Shown here: in pieces, positions 1 through 8,819 of the stretch | Layout of the letters: each line of letters starts with the position of its first letter | How positions within the stretch are numbered: the first letter of the stretch is position 1 | Origin: Lachnospiraceae bacterium | Lineage (GTDB): Bacteria; Bacillota; Clostridia; Lachnospirales; Lachnospiraceae | Length of the DNA stretch: 64,000 bases | Assembly (NCBI GenBank): GCA_011958945.1 | Contig: BLLT01000001.1 | Coordinates: 122-64,121, forward strand | Direction of reading: 5' to 3' | The notes under the pieces: generated by a model | What the model saw: only the letters and a program-made list of their open reading frames with translations | The model's database searches: none | Told to the model about the DNA's origin: nothing | Translations under genes and position numbers: made by a program

Positions 1-41
1 AAAAGGCTGCAATCTTAAAAGAGGGGTTAAACGGAGACCAG

Positions 42-935
42 ATGGCGGTGGCACTGGAGTTTTATGAAAAAGGCGTCCCAATGAATACCATAACCGAAGT
101 GCTTTCCAGTGCGGAAAATACGGCATATGCCATGAAACGCCTTTTCTCACAGGTGCTTAGAAAGATCAGGGAGGCGGAACCTGTAAGCGGGCAGGATACG
201 GCATATGCAAAGGAGCTTATGGAGCAGATCCGTGAGGTTGTCGAGAAGATTTCCTGTCAGGAAAAACGCTATGATGCCTTAAATGAGAAGCTGAAAGAGA
301 TTGGTACAGCGGGGCAGGACGTGCAGGTGCAGAGCAATCTTATCGCACAGCTTTCCGAAAAGGACAAAATGCTGGAAAAACAGCAGAATGAACTGAATGA
401 GGCAAGGGTGCAGATTGCAAAGCTGCATGGTGAGATAGAAGCAGTAAGAAAGGAGCGGAAAGCATTGGAGGAACAGGTAAAAAATGCAGTCAGTGCGGAG
501 CCGGATACGGTGGTAGAAAACAAAGAGCCGGAAAAGGAAAAGAAGCAGAAACGGGGAACGCAGGCGGGAGTAAGTGCGTCTGGTATGACAGAATCGGCAC
601 TCTATCCCGGAATTGAATACCATGCTGCGGTTGTGGACAAGGACGGCAATATTATCCGCTTTGTCCCGGTGGAGCGCATGGAGCGGAAAGACAGGGGGAG
701 CGTGATGAGTTCCATGTTCTCACGGCTTTTATTTAAGAAGAAAACGGACATTGTGAAGCTGCTTGCGGAAAAAGACTTATCCCCGGAACAGCTTGTGCAG
801 GTGCGGAGCGCCATTGAGAAAGGGCTGTCAGAGAAGCAGTTGCTTGTGCTGATAAACAATAAAATCCCGGCAGGGCAGATGGAGGAGATCATAAACATTG
901 CAGTCTATGAAAACAGGATGAAGGAGGGGCAGTAA
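42..935 (+). CDS. Hypothetical conjugative-element protein with central coiled-coil (E/K/Q-rich heptad-like stretch)
   Basis: 297-aa ORF. Its stop overlaps the next start (TAATG), so it is part of the operon. No family recognised. Confidence 0.6.
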   Translation: MAVALEFYEKGVPMNTITEVLSSAENTAYAMKRLFSQVLRKIREAEPVSGQDTAYAKELMEQIREVVEKISCQEKRYDALNEKLKEIGTAGQDVQVQSNLIAQLSEKDKMLEKQQNELNEARVQIAKLHGEIEAVRKERKALEEQVKNAVSAEPDTVVENKEPEKEKKQKRGTQAGVSASGMTESALYPGIEYHAAVVDKDGNIIRFVPVERMERKDRGSVMSSMFSRLLFKKKTDIVKLLAEKDLSPEQLVQVRSAIEKGLSEKQLLVLINNKIPAGQMEEIINIAVYENRMKEGQ

Positions 936-1330
936 TGGGACTGGTTGCAGTAACGGAAACGGCGCAGATGTTCCGGCAGAAAAATATTGTCCTGACAGAG
1001 AGGGACAAGGAATTTGTGGTACAGTTTGCTTTCCGGACAAATGACAGGGAACTTACAAACAAGCTGATTGATGAGCTTACGGAGAAAGGCGCAGACAGGG
1101 ATGCCGTATGCAGGAAATATCAGGCACTTACTGGTTTTGCGCCGGACTGGATACTGAGGATAGAAAACCTGCTCGTATCGCTTGAAATGTACCGTGTGCA
1201 GGAAGAACAGGCAGTAAAGACCTTATCGGAACTTCTGTCTGCCTGCGGCATTTCCATGAGCGAGGATGAAATCAGGCGGACGGATACCGCACAGATGCAG
1301 GAGCGGGTTAAAAAAGAGGCAAGTTTATAG
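935..1330 (+). CDS. Hypothetical protein
   Basis: 131-aa ORF translationally coupled to the upstream gene. No motif recognised. Confidence 0.55.
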   Translation: MGLVAVTETAQMFRQKNIVLTERDKEFVVQFAFRTNDRELTNKLIDELTEKGADRDAVCRKYQALTGFAPDWILRIENLLVSLEMYRVQEEQAVKTLSELLSACGISMSEDEIRRTDTAQMQERVKKEASL

Positions 1331-1342
1331 GAGGTGCAGTAT

Positions 1343-1591
1343 ATGAACTTCACGTTGCATGATGATTATATCGTAATAGTTACGCTGCCCACGGACAGTA
1401 AACAGATAGAAATGGGGATACACCAGAAGAACGGCAGCTTTGCCACATGGGAGGTTGCAGACGGGAATTATCAGCAGACACATTATTTTTCAGACAGGGA
1501 CAGTGCAACCGAAGATCTGTGTAGTCGCACACTGGATGAACTGCGTCTGAAAAAGCAGGTACAGAAAAAAGAACAGGAAAGGGGGAGATAG
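1343..1591 (+). CDS. Hypothetical small protein
   Basis: ATG at 1343 lies 8 nt after GGAGG (1330-1334). The ORF-track GTG at 1334 overlaps the SD and is less likely. Confidence 0.5.
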   Translation: MNFTLHDDYIVIVTLPTDSKQIEMGIHQKNGSFATWEVADGNYQQTHYFSDRDSATEDLCSRTLDELRLKKQVQKKEQERGR

Positions 1592-1592
1592 T

Positions 1593-2735
1593 ATGGCGGA
1601 AGAGATACAGGAAGCGGTCCAGATTATCCGTGTCGGCTATGATGGGATAGAGATTGCGATGAAAGTCTGCGGCGGCACGATTGAGGGAATGAAAAAGGCG
1701 ATTGATTTCTTGATTGCGGTCATGGACCATGAAAAAACGATGGGAAAGACAGATATGCGCAGGCTCCTTATGAAAGGCGGGGACTTACAGGTGTTCCAGT
1801 TCCCAACGGAAGACATGAAGAAAGTCGAGAAGATGGCAAAAAAATACGGACTTCTTTATTCCGTGCTGCCCGACATCAATAAAAAGGACGGCATGAGCGA
1901 GATCATCTTCCACACGGAAGCGGTTCCACGGGTAAACATGATGATACAGAAACTGAAATCCGGCAGGATTGCCACGTTTGACGATTACCTGAAAAATGGG
2001 GATGAAAAGGAAATGGATAAGGTGCTTTCCTTCCTGAAAGGGCAGAAAAAGGGAAACGAAAACCTCCACACTGAGGAAGCGGCAAGGGCAGGGGAAGCGC
2101 TTGACGGGCTGATTGAGAAAGTCGGCAGCTATGCGATGGAGAAAAAGAGCATCAGTGTGGAGGAAGTAAAGGAAAATTTCAGCCTTGAAAACGAACAGGC
2201 GGAAAAGGTAGTGGGGCAGCTTGAGCGGATCGGCGTCCTTTCCAAAGAGGAAGGCGGGCAGCGCCGAGTCATTATGGATAAGGATATGTTCCTGAACCGC
2301 ATGAAAGGATACCGGGAGCTTGCGCAGCGTATGCAGGCAGTAGCCGCCGCACAAAATCCTGACCTTACTGACATTACCATTACAAAGAAACTGATAACGG
2401 AGGAAAATGACCATGCCGTAAAGACAAGGATACCGGGAACATGGGGTGAGGATGCAAGGTATGTCTGGATCAGCAAGGACAAGGCAATGGAAATCCATGA
2501 TGGAAAGACAATCCTGACTTTCCTTGACCGTAACAAGGAGTACAAGATTTATTCGGCGGACAACCGTGTGGTCGCAACCATGAAGGGAAAAGACCTGTAT
2601 GAAGGTCATTATGACAGGGTAAGTGCGGAAGTACGGAAACGGTATGCGGACATGGAGCGGAAGGCGAAGGAAAAAGAGAATATGCGGAAGAAAAAGCCTG
2701 CACCGAAAAAAGCGCCTGCGCCGAAAAAGAGGTAG
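1593..2735 (+). CDS. PcfB-like (DUF3801-type) conjugation protein with K/P-rich tail
   Basis: N-terminal ~130 aa (IIRVGYDGIEIAMK..LQVFQFPTEDMKKVEKMAKKYGLLYSVLPD) resembles the PcfB family. Sits directly upstream of the coupling protein, as in pCF10-type loci. Confidence 0.65.
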   Translation: MAEEIQEAVQIIRVGYDGIEIAMKVCGGTIEGMKKAIDFLIAVMDHEKTMGKTDMRRLLMKGGDLQVFQFPTEDMKKVEKMAKKYGLLYSVLPDINKKDGMSEIIFHTEAVPRVNMMIQKLKSGRIATFDDYLKNGDEKEMDKVLSFLKGQKKGNENLHTEEAARAGEALDGLIEKVGSYAMEKKSISVEEVKENFSLENEQAEKVVGQLERIGVLSKEEGGQRRVIMDKDMFLNRMKGYRELAQRMQAVAAAQNPDLTDITITKKLITEENDHAVKTRIPGTWGEDARYVWISKDKAMEIHDGKTILTFLDRNKEYKIYSADNRVVATMKGKDLYEGHYDRVSAEVRKRYADMERKAKEKENMRKKKPAPKKAPAPKKR

Positions 2736-2740
2736 CGCCT

Positions 2741-4963
2741 ATGGTACAGAACAAGAAAAAAGTGTCTTTGTGGTTCATCGTGGCGGGGGCGCTGCTCAGT
2801 GCCTATGCGGGGTATCTCTTAAATGGGGCATGGGAGCCGGGAATGGAAATGAACGCCTTTCTGGAGTCCTTCAACCGTGTGTGCGCCGAACCATTTGCAA
2901 ATTATTATAACGAAACAACCCTAAAAGCGGTAGTGATAGCCTTAATCGTCTATGCTACCGCCCTTTTAATGTACGTCACAAGCCAGCGGAACTTCATGCC
3001 GGGAAAGGAATTTGGAACGGCAAGGTTTGAATCACCGAAGATGGCAAACAAGATACTTGCGGATAAAGACGAGAATTTCAACCGCATTTTGAGCCAGAAC
3101 GTGAAAATGTCGCTGAATTTCAGGCGGCTGAAGCTCAACGGGAACATTCTGATATGCGGCGGTTCCGGTGCGGGAAAGACCTTTTATGAGGTAAAGCCGA
3201 ACCTGATGCAGATGCCGCATAACTGTTCCTTTATCTGTACCGATCCCAAAGGGGAAATCCTGCGGAGCTGCGGGGAGATGTTAAGGAATAACGGATACAG
3301 CGTAAAGGTCATAAACCTCTTGGAAATGGAAAAATCGGACTGTTACAACCCCTTTTCCTATATCCGTGAGGAAACGGACGTTGTGAAGCTGATCACGAAC
3401 CTTATCAGCAATACCACGCCAAAGGGCGCAACTCCTTCTGATCCCTTTTGGGAGAAGGCGGAGGGGCTGTTCTTACAGGCAATCTTCTATTATGTGTGGC
3501 TGGAAGAGCCGCCCGCAAGGAGGAACTTTGAGACAGTCCTGCAGCTTCTTGGTGAAGCGGAAGTGACGGAACAGAACAAACCGTCAAGGCTGGACGTGCG
3601 CATGAAATTCCTTGAGGAAACATCAAAGCTCGGTGCGGCACACCCTGCGGTGAAACAGTACAACAAGTGTATGCGTGGTGCGGGCGATACCGTCCGTTCC
3701 ATTATCATCAGCGCCAACTCCCGGCTTGCGTTTCTGGAAAACAAGCAGGTGTTAAGGCTTCTGTCAAGAGATGATTTAGAACTTGCGGAACTTGGGATCG
3801 GCGTGAACGGGGACGGGGAGACGAAAACGGCGCTGTTCTGTGTCATACCGGATTCCGACAAGTCCTACAACTTTATCATCGGAATGCTTTACACGCAGAT
3901 TTTTCAGGAGCTTTACTATCAGGCGGATTTCAACTGCGGCGGGCGGCTCCCGATCCATGTCACCTTCATGCTTGACGAGTTTGCAAATGTCGCACTGCCG
4001 GATGATTACTGCTCCCTTTTGTCAACCATGCGGTCCAGGGAGATTTCCAGCATCATCATTATCCAGAACTTCGCCCAGTTAAAGGCGCTTTTCAAGGATA
4101 CTTGGGAAACCATACCCGGCAACTGCGACACGTTCATCTATCTCGGCGGCAATGAGCAGAGTACGCACAAATATGTCTCGGAACTGCTCGGCAAAGGCAC
4201 GATTGACAAGAAATCAAGCGGTGAGACAAAGGGCAGGCAGGGGAGTTCCTCACGCAATTACGATGTGCTTGGCAGGGAGCTTTTCACGCCGGACGAAGTG
4301 CGGAAACTGGACAACAAGAAATGCATTATCTTTATCCGTGGCTTTGATCCGATCATGGACAGTAAGTTCATACCGTTCGGGCATCCGGCATTTGACCAGA
4401 CCGCAGATGGTAAAGGAAAACCGTATGTCCATGTTCCGGGAAGCAGCGGGGGCGGGCAGGCGCAGCCTTTCCAACTGCTGACGCCAAAGGCGCTTTCCTA
4501 TTATGAGGAACTGAAAAAGAAAGGCGAAAATGTCTATATCGACAAAATCGACTATAAGGACTTTGAACTTCTCACGGATGCCGGCATGAAGAAACGCTTC
4601 ATCAGCATAGAGGAACAGGAACAGAAGGAACAGCTTTACAGGGAGCAGGACAATGAACTTATGTATGCACAGGAGGAAGAACCTGAAAGTGAACCGGCGC
4701 AGGAGGAGACGGAACCGGAACGGGCAGCGGACAAAGAGGATAAACCGGAAGCCGGAGGGCGCAGTCTTGAAGGCGAAGACACCATTATGAACCGTATGGC
4801 GCAGTGGAAGTATTCCAAAGAGCAGAAAGACGAGTTGCACAGGATGATTGCGCTCGGTATGCCCACAAAGACCATACTGGCGGTATTTTACCCGGAAACG
4901 GATGTCATAAAGATGCGTGAGATCAGAAAGACATTCCAGACTGTGCGGCATTCAGAAAATTAG
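2741..4963 (+). CDS. Type IV coupling protein (VirD4/TraG family ATPase)
   Basis: N-terminal TM segments, Walker A ICGGSGAGKT, Walker B-like HVTFMLDEFAN, acidic C-terminal tail. 740 aa. Confidence 0.9.
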   Translation: MVQNKKKVSLWFIVAGALLSAYAGYLLNGAWEPGMEMNAFLESFNRVCAEPFANYYNETTLKAVVIALIVYATALLMYVTSQRNFMPGKEFGTARFESPKMANKILADKDENFNRILSQNVKMSLNFRRLKLNGNILICGGSGAGKTFYEVKPNLMQMPHNCSFICTDPKGEILRSCGEMLRNNGYSVKVINLLEMEKSDCYNPFSYIREETDVVKLITNLISNTTPKGATPSDPFWEKAEGLFLQAIFYYVWLEEPPARRNFETVLQLLGEAEVTEQNKPSRLDVRMKFLEETSKLGAAHPAVKQYNKCMRGAGDTVRSIIISANSRLAFLENKQVLRLLSRDDLELAELGIGVNGDGETKTALFCVIPDSDKSYNFIIGMLYTQIFQELYYQADFNCGGRLPIHVTFMLDEFANVALPDDYCSLLSTMRSREISSIIIIQNFAQLKALFKDTWETIPGNCDTFIYLGGNEQSTHKYVSELLGKGTIDKKSSGETKGRQGSSSRNYDVLGRELFTPDEVRKLDNKKCIIFIRGFDPIMDSKFIPFGHPAFDQTADGKGKPYVHVPGSSGGGQAQPFQLLTPKALSYYEELKKKGENVYIDKIDYKDFELLTDAGMKKRFISIEEQEQKEQLYREQDNELMYAQEEEPESEPAQEETEPERAADKEDKPEAGGRSLEGEDTIMNRMAQWKYSKEQKDELHRMIALGMPTKTILAVFYPETDVIKMREIRKTFQTVRHSEN

Positions 4964-5114
4964 GGGCAGTTCCCAATGGAAAGGCGGTGGTTAAAGCAGA
5001 AACGCATCGGGGAAAGCCCGATCTGACAGTATTCCGGGGGAAACCCCGTTCAGATAGAGCAGCAGACAACAAATAAAACAATCAAAAATCAAAATAAAAA
5101 AGGAGATCATTATT

Positions 5115-5492
5115 ATGCGTAGAACAGAGAATGTTACAGGAACAAAGGTAGCAGCAGAGGTAAAGGCAGGAAGGGGCGGATTGTCAAGAGTAAAAAAGAC
5201 AGTGGCGGCAGCTTGCGGTGCAGCATATCTTGCGGTCAATGGACTGCCTATGACGGTGTTTGCATCAGGTGCGGGAACAACCGCAATCACACAGCCCCTT
5301 GACAACTTAAAGACGCTTGTGATTGCGGTCATCGGTGCGGTGGGTGTGATTATCCTTGCAAAGAATGTCATGGAGTTTGCACAGGCATACCAGCAGCAGG
5401 ATTCCTCAACCATGAACTCGGCATTAAAGGGTATTGTAGCCGGGGTTATGATGGCGGGCATTTCCACTGTACTTACTTTTCTCGGTTTCTAA
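5115..5492 (+). CDS. Maff2-family small membrane protein (pilin/VirB2-like candidate)
   Basis: Signal-like N-terminus plus two hydrophobic helices. The AYQQQDSSTMNSALKGIVAGV motif resembles Maff2 proteins of clostridial conjugative elements. Strong SD AAGGAG. Confidence 0.65.
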   Translation: MRRTENVTGTKVAAEVKAGRGGLSRVKKTVAAACGAAYLAVNGLPMTVFASGAGTTAITQPLDNLKTLVIAVIGAVGVIILAKNVMEFAQAYQQQDSSTMNSALKGIVAGVMMAGISTVLTFLGF

Positions 5493-5561
5493 GAAAAAGC
5501 AGCAGCCGGGGAGGGCGGGGACAGCCTGCCCTTCCCTGAAAAGGAAAGAGGTGAGGATTAA

Positions 5562-6404
5562 GTGGATATTTTCAAGTTAGGGGATAAGATACTGGCTCTT
5601 CTGGAAATGGTGTTCGGGTTCTGGAACAATCAGGTCAGCCTTGTGTTTGCCCTGTTGGGGCAGTCCCCGGTAAGTTTTAAAGGCGGAGGTCCGTGGGGAC
5701 TTGTGGAAAGCGTGGAACCGATTTTCGTGGCAGTGGGTTCCTCCCTTGTGGTGCTGTTCTTCGTGATCGGGTTCTGCTCGGAAAGCGTGGACGTGCGTGA
5801 GGAAATGCGCTTTGAAGTAATCCTGCGTATGCTGATAAGGCTTGGACTTTCAGAATGGCTCGTGGCAAACAATGTCACAATCATGAAGGCATTTTTTAAT
5901 ACAGTCGGGAACCTTGTGAACGCACTGTCGGCGGGCGGCTACACCACGCTTACCATTGACAGTGCACAGGCAGACGTCATAAAGGATCTTGGTTTCGGCG
6001 AGGGGCTTATCATGCTGATACTGGCAGCGCTGCTTAGCGTCATTGTCATTATCTGTGGCTTTTTTATGATATACACGGTGTACTTCCGGTTTTTAAAGAT
6101 CATGGTCATCGTGCCGATTGGCTCCATTGCCTTTTCCACGCTGGCAGGCAACCGGAACGTGGCGAACACGGCAAGCTCTTACGCCAAATATTTCCTGTCC
6201 GTGGTCTTTGAGGCAGTCACGATGGCGCTTGCGATCATGCTGTGCAATGCCTTCATCAGTGCGGGGCTTCCGTCCTTTACGGGCAGTTACGCAGACTGGG
6301 CAAAAACGCTCATTTACCTGTGTGAGATGACCTTTACGATTGCCCTTACCGTAGGAAGCGTGAAAGGTGCGCAGTCGCTTACAAGCAAGGCATTAGGATT
6401 ATAG
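5562..6404 (+). CDS. Polytopic membrane protein, VirB6/TrbL-like channel component candidate
   Basis: 280 aa with about six hydrophobic spans. GTG start after GAGGTGAGGA. Assignment rests on position between the pilin-like and PrgI-like genes. Confidence 0.55.
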   Translation: MDIFKLGDKILALLEMVFGFWNNQVSLVFALLGQSPVSFKGGGPWGLVESVEPIFVAVGSSLVVLFFVIGFCSESVDVREEMRFEVILRMLIRLGLSEWLVANNVTIMKAFFNTVGNLVNALSAGGYTTLTIDSAQADVIKDLGFGEGLIMLILAALLSVIVIICGFFMIYTVYFRFLKIMVIVPIGSIAFSTLAGNRNVANTASSYAKYFLSVVFEAVTMALAIMLCNAFISAGLPSFTGSYADWAKTLIYLCEMTFTIALTVGSVKGAQSLTSKALGL

Positions 6405-6413
6405 GAGGGCTGT

Positions 6414-7508
6414 ATGGAAATAAGACCATTGACACAGGCAGAACAAAAGTATGCCTATGAACAGAGTATGCAGATCAGTATGCAGACAGGAAGCATTGGC
6501 GTCATGCATGGGGGTTATAAGAGTGACAGGGAATTTTATTCCAGATTCCATGACTTAAATGAACGGTGGAAAACAGGGGAATTTGAGGAAGGACTGGAAA
6601 ACTTCCTGAATATCGTGAGTTCCGACAAAGACGGGTTTATGCGGAATCTGGATACGATGCGGGAATATACATCCTGTCATCCGCAGAACGCATTTCCGGG
6701 GAAAGACGGAATGGAGTACGGTTTCCGTGCAGATACGGAAAAGTATGCTTATGTGATGCGCTGTAACCCTGCAAAAGAAAATGATAATGTTGAAATCCAC
6801 TGTTATGTGAAGGAATGGCTGGATCACCATATCAGGGAGGCAGAGAAAGGCATCCGGTTCATTGACAGCAGGTATAGAGAACTTTTCCATATTGCAGACG
6901 GCGAAAAAATAGTGATTACAGATACAAGGAGAGAAAAAACAGAGTATGTCTGCCGCTATATTGATGAATACCATACGGAAGTCGGCAGCCATCTGTACCA
7001 TATCTGCCAGTTTGCAGAAATCATGGAGCGGAATGGCTCGGAATATGCACCAGTGGAACCGGAACCAGTACAGACGGAGGAAAAAGAACAGGGGCAGGAA
7101 GAAAAAAAGGAAGGGACACTGGAACTGAAAACCCGGTTTGGGACTACGGAGAATGTAACGCTGACAGTCAACACCTATGTAGACAACAACAGCCTTTATG
7201 TAGGAATGACAACAATGGGGGACGGGTTCCCGGAACCTTACGGCGATGTGACGGTAAACCTGCTTACTTCTGTGCCGCCTTACTGTGCCTTTGTGGATAC
7301 CAACAATATGCCGGAGCTTGAGAACTTCCTTGTAAAAAACGGGATTGCGGAGTTTACCGGGATGATGCAACAGAGCGGCTATTGTAGTTATCCTCTTTAT
7401 CTGTTCAGTGGGGAAAAGATGCGTGGACTCTGCCCGGACGGAATGGCAGCATATGAGCAGGTAAACGGACTGGACAAGAAACAGGAGAGGAAAGAAGTGA
7501 GCAGATAA
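6414..7508 (+). CDS. Conjugative-element protein of unknown function (polyvalent-protein-associated-type N domain, DUF4313-like C domain)
   Basis: 364-aa ORF with good SD. N-terminus TQAEQKYAYEQSMQI..GSIG and C-terminal YVGMTTMGDGFPEPYGDVTVNL..FVDTNN resemble domains common in clostridial ICEs (from memory, not verified). Confidence 0.55.
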   Translation: MEIRPLTQAEQKYAYEQSMQISMQTGSIGVMHGGYKSDREFYSRFHDLNERWKTGEFEEGLENFLNIVSSDKDGFMRNLDTMREYTSCHPQNAFPGKDGMEYGFRADTEKYAYVMRCNPAKENDNVEIHCYVKEWLDHHIREAEKGIRFIDSRYRELFHIADGEKIVITDTRREKTEYVCRYIDEYHTEVGSHLYHICQFAEIMERNGSEYAPVEPEPVQTEEKEQGQEEKKEGTLELKTRFGTTENVTLTVNTYVDNNSLYVGMTTMGDGFPEPYGDVTVNLLTSVPPYCAFVDTNNMPELENFLVKNGIAEFTGMMQQSGYCSYPLYLFSGEKMRGLCPDGMAAYEQVNGLDKKQERKEVSR

Positions 7509-7529
7509 GAGCAGACAGGAGGTGTAAAG

Positions 7530-7952
7530 ATGGTAATTGAAATCAACAAGGATATAGACCGTTATAAGGAATCGGTTGTCATGGGGCTGACGGCAAAACA
7601 GCTTATCTTCTCTGTGGCATCGGTTGCGGCGGGCGGCGGGATCGTGCTGCTGTTGTACCGCTATATCGGTCTTACCCCCAGTGTGTATGTGGCAATCCCG
7701 GTTGCCGCCCCGATAGCACTTGGAGGGTTCTATTCATTCAACGGAATGGGGTTTTACGAGTATATGGGAAGAAAGATGCGTATGCTCTTTGCCAACCGCC
7801 CGCTTGCCTATTCGTCTACCGAAGGGGAGGAAACAATCCGTGAGATCCGCATGGAAGAAGAAGCGGGGAAAAAGACGGATAAAAAGAAAGGCGCAGATAA
7901 AGGCAGCGGGAAAAAGAAAAGCAACAAAAAGAATAAGAAAGGCAGGAAATGA
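7530..7952 (+). CDS. PrgI-family (VirB3-like) T4SS membrane protein with K-rich tail
   Basis: GLTAKQLIF plus two TM helices is typical of the PrgI family. Lies upstream of the VirB4 gene. Confidence 0.65.
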   Translation: MVIEINKDIDRYKESVVMGLTAKQLIFSVASVAAGGGIVLLLYRYIGLTPSVYVAIPVAAPIALGGFYSFNGMGFYEYMGRKMRMLFANRPLAYSSTEGEETIREIRMEEEAGKKTDKKKGADKGSGKKKSNKKNKKGRK

Positions 7953-8047
7953 GAGTGAAAAAGAAAACAGTGAAAGCAGTAGCAGGGATCATCGCAGTTG
8001 TAGTGACAGCCGTTATCGGCATGGTCATTTACAGGGCAAAGCATTAA
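7949..8047 (+). CDS. Mini-ORF, 32-aa single-pass membrane peptide (MRVKKKTVKAVAGIIAVVVTAVIGMVIYRAKH)
   Basis: ATG overlaps the PrgI-like stop (ATGA). Basic N-terminus, ~20 hydrophobic residues, YRAKH end. Paralogous to the next mini-ORF. Confidence 0.4.
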   Translation: MRVKKKTVKAVAGIIAVVVTAVIGMVIYRAKH

Positions 8048-8080
8048 GGGAACGCATAAAAAAGGAAAGGAGGCAGGCAC

Positions 8081-8167
8081 ATGAAAAAGAGGACAGGGAA
8101 AATCGTGGCAGTTGTTGCAGTCATCGCAGCCGCAGTCGGCGTGATCGTGTACAGAATCAGGCATTAG
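8081..8167 (+). CDS. Mini-ORF, 28-aa single-pass membrane peptide (MKKRTGKIVAVVAVIAAAVGVIVYRIRH)
   Basis: AGGAGG (8068-8073) lies 7 nt upstream of the ATG. Same architecture and YRxxH end as the preceding peptide. Confidence 0.4.
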   Translation: MKKRTGKIVAVVAVIAAAVGVIVYRIRH

Positions 8168-8178
8168 GAGGAAATCCA

Positions 8179-8694
8179 TTGATTAAAAGTATGGGGGAAA
8201 TGCTGGCAGCCGGGTGGTCTGATGGAATGAACATTCTGGAAGAGATAAGCCGGGAACTGGCAGAGAGACTGGTCAACAACAGACAGCCGTTTGTTCTGGT
8301 CCATGTGGAAAGCGATGGGGATGTGAGTTTTGAAGGGATTGCAGAATATGACTCTTCTGAACTCATACTGAACCTGTCAGACAGGTATGGGACACTCACG
8401 GAAGAAATGAAGGATATGGGCATAGACGATGTATTCTATCATGACGATTTTGCTAATGACGGAGGTCTTGTTTATCTGGAAGAGGGTACGGAGCTTACCC
8501 TGTATGAACAGGTTGACAATGAGGTAAATTTATCCGCTTTCCATTGTTATCTGTGTTCGGGGAAGAATATGGGAGATGTGTCAAAACTTCCTGCCGGAAG
8601 CTATCTCATGATTGATTGTGGCGAAACCATGCGCAAGGTCAGGGAACAGCTAAAGGAGGAGCGGGAGAAACAGCAGCGTACAGAACAGCGGTAA
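8179..8694 (+). CDS. Hypothetical protein
   Basis: 3-prime part of ORF 7720..8694. TTG at 8179 lies 6 nt after AGGAGGA (8166-8172); alternative ATG at 8191. The upstream part of the long ORF is an out-of-frame K/R-rich artefact. Confidence 0.55.
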   Translation: MIKSMGEMLAAGWSDGMNILEEISRELAERLVNNRQPFVLVHVESDGDVSFEGIAEYDSSELILNLSDRYGTLTEEMKDMGIDDVFYHDDFANDGGLVYLEEGTELTLYEQVDNEVNLSAFHCYLCSGKNMGDVSKLPAGSYLMIDCGETMRKVREQLKEEREKQQRTEQR

Positions 8695-8819
8695 AAAGTA
8701 ACTATAAATGGAATAACTGACCTTTATTGGTCGGAAAGTTCCGGTATCATGCAGCCGGGACTTTCCGGCTGCAATGCCTTATGGCAATGCTGAAAACAGC
8801 ATAGAAAGGAAGGTCGGAT

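Noticed and set aside
7720-8178. 5-prime 150 codons of the 324-aa ORF 7720..8694 (K/R/S-rich)
   Set aside because: It overlaps the well-supported PrgI-like C-terminus and the two mini-ORFs in another frame. It reads lysine-rich tails out of frame and has no SD. Only the part from 8179 onward looks like a real gene.
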